Program-made: the position numbers and the translations under genes | The notes under the pieces: generated by a model | What the model was told of the DNA's origin: nothing | Database searches by the model: none | What the model saw: only the letters and a program-made list of their open reading frames with translations | Assembly (NCBI GenBank): GCA_020717925.1 | Contig: DYDL01000001.1 | Location: forward strand, 1 to 48,522 | Source of the DNA: Desulfocapsa sp. | GTDB taxonomy: Bacteria; Desulfobacterota; Desulfobulbia; Desulfobulbales; CG2-30-60-27 | Length of the DNA stretch: 48,522 bases | Direction: 5' to 3' | Shown here: piece after piece, positions 1 to 7,030 of the stretch | Position numbering within the stretch: the first letter of the stretch is position 1 | How the letters are laid out: the number at the start of each line of letters is the position of its first letter

Positions 1-2
1 TC

Positions 3-212
3 AAGTACCGGTTGCTCAAAAGCGGCGCCCAGCCCAACCTGCTCACCCCGGATGCTTACGTCGCGGCCCACGATCACAGCCGCGGCGTGCCCCGCGAGGT
101 CAACCGCCTGCTCTATAACGGCTTTCTCGAGGCCATGGGGCAGGACACCACGGTTATTACCTCTGATGTGCTGACGCGTGCCGAACAACGCATGGCGGTG
201 CTGCGTGGGTAA
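3..212 (+). CDS. 3' end of an ExeA/AAA_22-like P-loop ATPase (partial, enters from window edge)
   Basis: The frame is open from the window edge to TAA at 210-212. The tail LLTPDAYVAAHDHSRGVPREVNRLLYNGFLEA resembles the G-x-PR-x-x-N-x-L segment of ExeA/MshM/TniB-type ATPases. Recognised by eye only. Confidence 0.4.
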   Translation, partial: KYRLLKSGAQPNLLTPDAYVAAHDHSRGVPREVNRLLYNGFLEAMGQDTTVITSDVLTRAEQRMAVLRG

Positions 213-508
213 GATCAGCCAGTTGCGCCTCCATGCGGCGCCAGCGCCAAGGAACTGGCGCACCGAAGGGGTTCGGCCCGAGGAGTTGGACTTGTTGTGT
301 TGCAACACTGACCCGCGGCGGGAGTTGTCGGAGATTGCGCAAACAAGAGCCAACCCCGGGCCCGCCAAGCTATTGCGAGGGAGAAAAGAATAACCAAACA
401 AGCCTGTGGATCATGATCAGTTTTCCTCTGCTGGCAGCCTTGCGTCAAAATCCATACGCCCATGCAGAATGCGGACGATCTCAATTGCGTCGCTTCGATG
501 CTGGCGAT

Positions 509-540
509 AAAAAACATCATGACTGCCGGCCAGGCGGCAG
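509..540 (-). terminator. Candidate intrinsic terminator of the lipoprotein gene
   Basis: On the minus strand, CTGCCG / CGGCAG form a 6-bp stem (plus coordinates 523-528 and 535-540) with a 6-nt loop. A T6 run follows after 8 nt (plus-strand A run 509-514). The stem is short and the T run is displaced. Confidence 0.3.
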
Positions 541-567
541 GAGAGACGCAACGCCTAAGCCGGGTGC

Positions 568-1332
568 TCACTCCATCAGGCGGTCGAGAAGGCTGTCCAC
601 CGCCTGCTGGGCCAGTTCCTCGTCCAGGGGCGAAGATTGATAGGCGCGCAGGCGGTTGTAGCCGAGTCCGGACCCTTCCCATACCTGTTTGCCGGTCTCG
701 GTGTCCCATATCTGGCCGGCCACCATGATGGAGCGCATCATGGTGCGTTGGCCAAAGGTCCAGACGATGGTCAGCGACACCTCCGGATTGGTTTCCGACA
801 CCACGGCCTGGCTGATGAAAAGATAACGGCAGTTGAGGGCCTGGCCGAAGCGCTGCATCGTTTCCTGGTTAAACCCCACCCGCGGGAAATCCCGGGTAAA
901 GGCCCGGTAATGCGAGGTCAGCTCCTGGTCGTTCAGGATCTTGAGCGCGTCAAACGGGGAGACAAGCCGCAGGGTGCCCCGGCGGCCTTGCATGGAGCTC
1001 ATAAGTATTTTGCTTAAGAGGATCCGGTAGGCATCCCGGCCGTTGTCCCGGCGATCGTATTCCTCTTTGTCGGTCTTGCTGGTCGGGGTGGGGGAGGTGT
1101 AAGGGGCGGCGGGAATTGTGGCGGCGCCAACCTGCTTCAGGTCGCTCGGCTGCTCCAGGACGATGACCGGCAGCAGTGCCAGGCCGCCGTGATTGACGAG
1201 GTTGATGGCGAAGCCGGATCCCCGGTAGACCTCCTGGGAGTGGCCCTTGATCCGGGGGGCGCCGCAGCCGGCCAGCAGGAAAATCAGCAGCGGTGTCAGG
1301 AAGACACGGTGCAGGCGTGATCCGCTTTTCAT
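568..1332 (-). CDS. Hypothetical lipoprotein
   Basis: 254-aa ORF. The N-terminus MKSGSRLHRVFLTPLLIFLLAGCG is a signal peptide with lipobox LAGC. AAGGAG lies 8 nt upstream of the ATG on the minus strand. The C-terminal part (LFISQAVV...IMVAGQIWDTETGKQVWEG) loosely recalls LpoB/CsgG/Lpp20-type lipoproteins, but that is weak. Confidence 0.75.
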   Translation of the reverse strand: MKSGSRLHRVFLTPLLIFLLAGCGAPRIKGHSQEVYRGSGFAINLVNHGGLALLPVIVLEQPSDLKQVGAATIPAAPYTSPTPTSKTDKEEYDRRDNGRDAYRILLSKILMSSMQGRRGTLRLVSPFDALKILNDQELTSHYRAFTRDFPRVGFNQETMQRFGQALNCRYLFISQAVVSETNPEVSLTIVWTFGQRTMMRSIMVAGQIWDTETGKQVWEGSGLGYNRLRAYQSSPLDEELAQQAVDSLLDRLME

Positions 1333-1359
1333 GGAATCTACTCCTTGAGCAGGGCCATG

Positions 1360-1403
1360 GGCAGGGGAAAGCGGCCCGTCATCCGCATTGGGTTTCCCCT
1401 GCC
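1360..1403. repeat. Perfect 11-bp inverted repeat GGCAGGGGAAA-N22-TTTCCCCTGCC
   Basis: Arms at 1360-1370 and 1393-1403 were read directly. It lies between the YkgJ-like gene end and the lipoprotein gene start. No T tract follows on either strand. Confidence 0.8.
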
Positions 1404-1489
1404 ATCATCCGTATAATCCGATTATATCCCAAAAGGTTATTGGTTGCGTAAAACAAAAATGTGGCCGTCGGTCGCGGTACGCTGGCCCC

Positions 1490-2428
1490 TTATTTGTCGG
1501 CCTCCTTGGCCTTCAGCATCTCATCCCGCGCCGCGACCAGCTCCCGGTAGGTTTCTTCCGCCTTTTTCTCGGCATCCTGCTGACTCCCCTTGTGCGCCTC
1601 GACCTTGGCCTTGATTTTCTCGGGCCTGATCTTCAGATCATTGGTGCCGAACAGCGACGAGGCGAGGTAACGATTGCCGAACATCATCAAAGCGATGTCA
1701 TCGGTCTTGATCTTGTCCAGGGTCTCCTGCTCCACCTCGTAGGTGTCGAGGAAAGAGCTTTCAAAGATGAAGCTGCGGAATTTGTCCAGGTCGGTGCTGA
1801 CCATGAAGAAGATCTTCTTGGCCGGCTCGCTCAACGTGGCCTGCTGGCCAAAGGACTTGCGGCGCATGACGATTTCCATCCAACCCTGGTTCATGGCGTC
1901 GGACTCATCTATGCCCTGGTCAATGCGCCATTGGCCGATGGTCTGTTCATTGGGTTCCTCGTGACCCTTGCAGTGCGGTTCCTTGATCAGGAAGTAGAAC
2001 TCCTCGGCGGGCTGATTTTCCTGGCCAGCGGGGTGAAAATACGACATACCTACCGGATAGTAGCGGCAGGTCGTGGGCCGGTATGGATAAATGGTACAGC
2101 CCTCCTCGGTCACAAAGGGGCAGCGGCCGTTCTCATCGAGGTGGAGCTTCACGCCGGGCAGATCGGTTTTTTCGAGATAGGTGGGGGTGGTGAAGCGCAG
2201 CAGAAATTCGTCGGCCGTAAGGTTCAATGGCCGGCGCAGGCGCAGGATGTCGTAAGGAGTCAGGATGATATTAATGTCGCCGCAGCAGGCCGTAAAGCAC
2301 GACACGCCGGGATGGCAACGGAATTTGAGTTTGCTGTCCGCGGTGAGCTTGGCGGGTTGAATGTTGGTGGGGTTGCGCTCTTTGCTAAAGGGAATTTCCG
2401 GCTGGCCGGCATTCTTTGATTCAGTCAT
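1490..2428 (-). CDS. YkgJ/UPF0153-family Cys-cluster (putative Zn/Fe-chelating) protein with a Lys/Glu-rich C-terminal tail
   Basis: 312-aa ORF with FRCHPGVSCFTACCGD and GRCPFVTEEGCTIYPYRPTTCRYYP, the two Cys-rich halves typical of the YkgJ family. Tail: KIKAKVEAHKGSQQDAEKKAEETYRELVAARDEMLKAKEADK. Confidence 0.7.
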   Translation of the reverse strand: MTESKNAGQPEIPFSKERNPTNIQPAKLTADSKLKFRCHPGVSCFTACCGDINIILTPYDILRLRRPLNLTADEFLLRFTTPTYLEKTDLPGVKLHLDENGRCPFVTEEGCTIYPYRPTTCRYYPVGMSYFHPAGQENQPAEEFYFLIKEPHCKGHEEPNEQTIGQWRIDQGIDESDAMNQGWMEIVMRRKSFGQQATLSEPAKKIFFMVSTDLDKFRSFIFESSFLDTYEVEQETLDKIKTDDIALMMFGNRYLASSLFGTNDLKIRPEKIKAKVEAHKGSQQDAEKKAEETYRELVAARDEMLKAKEADK

Positions 2429-2517
2429 GTCATGACACCTGGTGGTCAGTGGTCCAATGATAAGGGGAAAAAGGCCTTAAACGCGATGTTTTTTGCAGTG
2501 TGCCGCTTCGGGGGCAG

Positions 2518-2547
2518 ATACTAATCATTCGTGATGGCAATTGTCAA
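2518..2547 (-). promoter_or_regulatory. Candidate sigma70-type promoter for the YkgJ-like gene
   Basis: The minus strand reads TTGACA (plus 2542-2547), an 18-nt spacer, then TAGTAT (plus 2518-2523). It sits about 90 nt upstream of the ATG at 2428. Confidence 0.5.
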
Positions 2548-2693
2548 CGTCGCGAGGAAACAAAGCATCTTGGGCGCCCCGGCCGGGTATTTCAGGAAAA
2601 CGGAAAAAATGGTTGGGGAAACAGGTGGGCGCCAATAAAAAAGAACCGGTACAAACGCAGAAATTACAACGGTTCGCGGCCAGACATTTTTCC

Positions 2694-2722
2694 TTGACAT
2701 TTGCCGGACCGCCAATTAAATA
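2694..2722 (+). promoter_or_regulatory. Candidate strong promoter of aprBA
   Basis: Consensus -35 TTGACA at 2694-2699, a 17-nt spacer, then TAAATA at 2717-2722. This implies a 5' UTR of about 210 nt before aprB. Confidence 0.5.
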
Positions 2723-2939
2723 GTCGCATTGATAAAAAAATGAGAGGCCCCTCATTTGTCCTTGCCCGCCTGTCGGGCGTGAGTGTCGGAAAAAAATGGG
2801 TTTGCGGTGCGGGCCTCCCGACTTTTTTCGGGAGCGACCAAGGCGATGGCTGCCGATGGCAGGCCGGAGCTTGAAAGTATAAATGTTGGTTCTGCGTTCC
2901 GCGGAGCCAGAAGGTACAAATCTTAAGAGGAGGTTACGA

Positions 2940-3359
2940 ATGCCAAGCTATGTAGATCCTTCCAAGTGTGATGGATGCAAGGGTGGCGACAAGACTGCCT
3001 GCATGTACATCTGCCCCAACGACCTCATGGTCCTGAATGTTGAGGAGATGAAGGCTTACAACCAGGAGCCTGATGCATGCTGGGAGTGCTACTCCTGTGT
3101 GAAGATCTGCCCCCAGGGCGCCATTGCCGTTCGCGGTTATGACGATTTCGTTCCCATGGGCGGTCAGGTGCATCCGATGCGGAGCTCCGATTCCATCATG
3201 TGGACCGTTAAGTTCCGTAACGGCAACATGAAGCGTTTCAAGTTCCCCATCCGGACCACCGCCGAGGGTGCTGCCAACGCGTATGTCGGCCAGAAGGGCG
3301 CCAACCTTGATGACGAATGTCTGCTCCTTGAGAGCAATCTGCCGACCCCCAAGAAGTAA
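2940..3359 (+). CDS. aprB: Adenylylsulfate (APS) reductase beta subunit
   Basis: MPSYVDPSKCDGCKGGDKTACMYICPNDLM...CWECYSCVKICPQGAI carries two ferredoxin-type Cys clusters. AGGAGG lies 7 nt upstream of ATG 2940, and the track start at 2883 has no RBS. It lies directly upstream of aprA. Confidence 0.93.
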   Translation: MPSYVDPSKCDGCKGGDKTACMYICPNDLMVLNVEEMKAYNQEPDACWECYSCVKICPQGAIAVRGYDDFVPMGGQVHPMRSSDSIMWTVKFRNGNMKRFKFPIRTTAEGAANAYVGQKGANLDDECLLLESNLPTPKK

Positions 3360-3424
3360 GTCGCGGTATTTATCGTCGAAAGCGTTTGCAGACAAAAAAA
3401 ACCGATTCACTAAGGAGAATGTAA

Positions 3425-5440
3425 ATGGCATTACCAAATAAACCGCTTGGCGAACTGCCTGCCGTTGTTAATCCCGAAATCGTCGAGCACACCTGTGATG
3501 TGCTCATTGTCGGCGGTGGCATGGCTGCCTGCGGCACCGCGTTCGAGATCAAGAAGTGGGCTGATGACAGCCTGAAGATCCTCTTGGTCGACAAAGCCTC
3601 CATGGAGCGTTCCGGCGCCGTGGCCCAGGGCCTGTCCGCCATCAACACCTACATCGGTGACAACCCCATCGAGAATTACGTCAAAATGGTCCGTAACGAC
3701 CTGATGGGCGTGGTTCGCGAGGATCTCATCTATGACCTCGGCCGTCACGTTGACGAGTCCGTGAAGCTCTTCGAGGAGTGGGGCCTGCCGATCTGGAAGC
3801 TGGATGCCGACGGCAACAACCTCGACGGCGCCAAGCCTGCCCCGACCCTGCGTCAGGGCGGCAAGCCGGTTCGTACCGGCAAGTGGCAGATCATGATCAA
3901 CGGTGAGTCCTACAAGTGCATCGTGGCCGAGCCTGCCAAGACCGCCCTGGGCGAGGAAAACTGCCTGGAGCGCGTCTTCATTGTCAAGATGCTGCTCGAC
4001 AAGAACAAGGAAAACACCATTGCTGGCGCGGTTGGCTTCTCCACCCGCGAGAACAAGGTGCATGTCTTCAAGTGCAAGACCGCCATGGTGGCTTGCGGTG
4101 GCGCGGTTAACATCTTCCGTCCCCGTTCCACTGGCGAGGGCAAGGGCCGTGCCTGGTACCCGGTTTGGAACGCTGGTTCCACCTACACCATGTGCGCCCA
4201 GGTCGGTGCTACCCTCACCATGATGGAAAACCGTTTCACCCCCGCCCGTTTCAAGGATGGCTACGGCCCGGTCGGCGCCTGGTTCCTGCTGTTCAAGGCC
4301 AAGGTCCAGAACGGTCTTGGTGAGTTTTACGCCAACAGCGACGCGGTCAAGGGCGAGCTCGAGAAGTTCATGCCCTACGGCGCCTCCGCCGTTACCCCCA
4401 CCTGCCTCCGTAACCATCTGATGCTGAACGAGCTGAAGGCTGGCCGCGGTCCCATCTACATGGCTACGGACGTTGCTCTGAACGCCTTTGTTGATGCCAA
4501 GAAGGCGGGCGGCATGGCCGAGGCCGATGTCAAGAAGTTCTGGAAGCACCTCGAGTCCGAGGCGTGGGAAGACTTCCTCGACATGTCCGTTGGCCAGGCT
4601 GGTCTGTGGGCCGGTATGAACATCGAGCCCGAGAAGATCGGTTCCGAGATCATGCCCACCGAACCCTACATGCTTGGTTCTCACTCCGGCTGCTGCGGTA
4701 TCTGGGTTTCCGGTCCTCAGGAGGACTGGGTTCCCACGGTTGACGGCCCCCGTTCCCATCAGTACAAGTGGGGCTACAACCGGATGACCACCGTGAACGG
4801 CCTGTTCACCGCCGGCGACGGCGTTGGCGCCTCTGGTCACAAGTTCTCCTCCGGTTCCCACGCCGAGGGCCGTATCTGCGCCAAGATGATGGTAAAGTAC
4901 TGCCGCGACAACGCCGGCTTCACCCCTGAGTTGGCTCAGACCGCCCAGGAGTTGGCCGACGAGATCTACGCACCGGTCAAACTTTATCAACAGCATGTTG
5001 GCGCCTCCACTGCCGCCAACGTCAACCCCAACTACTGCAAGCCTGCCGGTATCATGATGCGCCTGATGAAGGCCACCGATGAGTACGGCGGCGGCGTGGC
5101 CACCTACTACATGACCTCCGGCAAACTGCTCAACATCTGCCTTGATCTCCTCAAGATGCTGCGCGAGGATGCCGCGAAGATGGCGGCCGGCGACCTGCAT
5201 GAGCTTATGCGCGCCTGGGAAAACTACCACCGCATCTGGTGTGTCGAGGCCCATATCCGGCACATCGAGTTCCGGCAGGAGTCCCGTTACCCGGGCTTCT
5301 ACTATCGTTCCGACTTCCCGACCGTCGACGACGCGAACTGGAAGTGCTTTGTCAACTCCACCTTCGATCCTAAGAGCAAGGAATGGAAGTGCGAGAAGGT
5401 AAAGTGCATCAACATCGTCGAGACCGAACCCTGGATCTAA
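3425..5440 (+). CDS. aprA: Adenylylsulfate (APS) reductase alpha subunit (flavoprotein)
   Basis: 671 aa. FAD dinucleotide fold DVLIVGGGMAACGTA. Fumarate-reductase-like flavoprotein of AprA size, adjacent to aprB and qmoABC. RBS AAGGAG upstream. Confidence 0.95.
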   Translation: MALPNKPLGELPAVVNPEIVEHTCDVLIVGGGMAACGTAFEIKKWADDSLKILLVDKASMERSGAVAQGLSAINTYIGDNPIENYVKMVRNDLMGVVREDLIYDLGRHVDESVKLFEEWGLPIWKLDADGNNLDGAKPAPTLRQGGKPVRTGKWQIMINGESYKCIVAEPAKTALGEENCLERVFIVKMLLDKNKENTIAGAVGFSTRENKVHVFKCKTAMVACGGAVNIFRPRSTGEGKGRAWYPVWNAGSTYTMCAQVGATLTMMENRFTPARFKDGYGPVGAWFLLFKAKVQNGLGEFYANSDAVKGELEKFMPYGASAVTPTCLRNHLMLNELKAGRGPIYMATDVALNAFVDAKKAGGMAEADVKKFWKHLESEAWEDFLDMSVGQAGLWAGMNIEPEKIGSEIMPTEPYMLGSHSGCCGIWVSGPQEDWVPTVDGPRSHQYKWGYNRMTTVNGLFTAGDGVGASGHKFSSGSHAEGRICAKMMVKYCRDNAGFTPELAQTAQELADEIYAPVKLYQQHVGASTAANVNPNYCKPAGIMMRLMKATDEYGGGVATYYMTSGKLLNICLDLLKMLREDAAKMAAGDLHELMRAWENYHRIWCVEAHIRHIEFRQESRYPGFYYRSDFPTVDDANWKCFVNSTFDPKSKEWKCEKVKCINIVETEPWI

Positions 5441-5471
5441 GGGCTCGGATGCGTTAGTACCCATGATCTGA

Positions 5472-5512
5472 ATCTCCAGGCGCCGTCAAGCGGCGGCGCC
5501 TGGAGATTTTTC
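5472..5512 (+). terminator. Intrinsic terminator/attenuator between aprA and qmoA
   Basis: Perfect 14-bp stem ATCTCCAGGCGCCG (5472-5485) / CGGCGCCTGGAGAT (5494-5507), an 8-nt loop, followed by TTTTT. Confidence 0.8.
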
Positions 5513-5635
5513 TATCAAGCCTTGAAGCGGTTTATTGGGTTGAGACGGTCGTAAGGCACCGAGGTGGCCAGGTTCTGGCTATAAGGGCCAAAGGCCGGTT
5601 GAACCCAAGAAATTGAGCGGGCTTTGTCCGATCAC

Positions 5636-5644
5636 TGATATTAT
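5636..5644 (+). promoter_or_regulatory. Possible extended -10 promoter for qmoABC
   Basis: TGATATTAT (TGn + TATTAT) at 5636-5644. The TTGAGC at 5613-5618 is 20 nt upstream, which is too far for a normal -35. About 120 nt before qmoA. Confidence 0.3.
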
Positions 5645-5766
5645 TTTTGGCCAGCAATGTTTGCAGGGTAGCCCGGGTGGCCAAACGCCTTGGCGGCCTT
5701 TCCTAGAGTTTCGCGGATGTGAGAGTATCGGTCAGTTTCATCACACTTTAGCAATGGAGGAATGGC

Positions 5767-7026
5767 ATGACAGACGAAAGCAGCACCACTGTCACGGGTG
5801 GAGTTCTTGTCGTTGGCGGCGGCATAAGTGGGCTGACCGCGGCCCTGGAAGCCGCTGAGGTCGGCAAGGACGTCTTTTTGGTCGAACAGAATCCCTACAT
5901 GGGGGGACGTGTCGCCCAGCTCAATCAGTATTTCCCCAAGCTCTGCCCCCCTTCCTGCGGCCTGGAGATCAACTTCAAGCGGGTGAAGAGCAATCGCAAG
6001 ATCCGCATGTACACCCTGACCACTGTCAAGGCGGTCGCCGGTGGGCCGGGCAACTATCAGGTTACCCTGGAGTCCAAGCCCCGCTTCGTTAACAACAACT
6101 GCACGGCTTGCAATGCTTGCGTGGAGGCTTGCCCCGAAGTGCGGGACAATGCCTTCAACTTCGGCATGGATAAGACCAAGGCCATCTACAAGGCCCACGA
6201 CATGGCCTTCCCCATGAAGTATGTAATCGACATGGCGGCCTGCACCAAGTGCGGCAAGTGCAAGGAGGCCTGCATATACGACGCTGTTGAACTCGATATG
6301 CAGCCCAAGAGTTTTACCGTGGACGTGAGCGCCATTGTCTGGGCCACGGGTTGGAAGCCCTACGACGCCAGCAAGATGACCAACTTGAAGTTCAACGATA
6401 GCAATGCCATCATCACCAACATGATGATGGAGCGTCTTGCCGCGCCAAACGGCCCGACCGGCGGCAAGATTCTGCGCCCCGGCGACAGCAAGGCGCCAGA
6501 GAGTTTCGCCTTTGTGCAGTGCGCCGGTTCCCGCGACGAGAATCATCTGGAATACTGCTCCTACATTTGCTGCATGGCCAGCATGAAGCAGATCACCTAT
6601 ATTCGCGCGCAATATCCCGAGGCTAAAATATACGTCTTCTATATTGACCTGCGGACGCCTGGTAAGTATGAGAAATTCCGTGAAAAGCTGATGGCCGACC
6701 CCAACACTCAGTTTATCAAGGGCAAGGTCGCGGATATCATTGCCGAGTCTGATGGCGGGGTGACGGTCGTGGCGGAAAATGCCCTGACCGGCGACAAGAT
6801 TAAGCAGAAGGTGGACATGGCCATCCTTGCCACCGGCATGGAGCCGGCCAACAAGGAACAGGCCGCGGCGCTTGGGTTGGCAACAGACAACAACGGTTTC
6901 ATCCTGTCCGATGCCAACGGAGGCATGATCGCTGCCGGCTGCGCGAAAAAGGCAGCCGATGTAGTGACCTGTGCCCAGAGTTCCACCGCAGCAGCCCTGA
7001 AAGCCATTCAAGCGTCGAGGAGGTAG
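5767..7026 (+). CDS. qmoA: Quinone-interacting membrane-bound oxidoreductase subunit A (HdrA-like flavoprotein)
   Basis: 419 aa. VLVVGGGISGLTAALEAAE FAD fold. HdrA-like with a CxxCxxCxxxCP cluster (CTACNACVEACP). First gene after aprBA. Confidence 0.9.
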   Translation: MTDESSTTVTGGVLVVGGGISGLTAALEAAEVGKDVFLVEQNPYMGGRVAQLNQYFPKLCPPSCGLEINFKRVKSNRKIRMYTLTTVKAVAGGPGNYQVTLESKPRFVNNNCTACNACVEACPEVRDNAFNFGMDKTKAIYKAHDMAFPMKYVIDMAACTKCGKCKEACIYDAVELDMQPKSFTVDVSAIVWATGWKPYDASKMTNLKFNDSNAIITNMMMERLAAPNGPTGGKILRPGDSKAPESFAFVQCAGSRDENHLEYCSYICCMASMKQITYIRAQYPEAKIYVFYIDLRTPGKYEKFREKLMADPNTQFIKGKVADIIAESDGGVTVVAENALTGDKIKQKVDMAILATGMEPANKEQAAALGLATDNNGFILSDANGGMIAAGCAKKAADVVTCAQSSTAAALKAIQASRR

Positions 7027-7030
7027 GTCA

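Noticed and set aside
2500-2755. Four overlapping 60-76-aa ORFs on both strands in the ykgJ-aprB intergenic region.
   Set aside because: They overlap one another, have no RBS and have odd composition. The region is better explained by two divergent promoters and leaders.
2739-2756. A7-ATGAG-loop-CTCAT hairpin that reads as a minus-strand terminator (hairpin plus T7).
   Set aside because: The stem is only 5 bp, and no minus-strand gene lies upstream of it (aprB is on the + strand). It was kept only as a possible leader structure of aprBA.
3431-5464. 677-aa minus-strand ORF covering all of aprA. Similar long antisense ORFs lie at 5641-7215, 7742-9097, 17537-19834, 21019-23133, 23938-25161, 34928-36277, 36960-37916 and 38605-40419.
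   Set aside because: Each lies exactly antisense to a well-recognised conserved gene. Their translations are low-complexity and rich in Gly/Ala/Arg/His/Leu/Val, with no recognisable motifs or RBS. This is typical of stop-poor antisense frames in GC-rich coding DNA.
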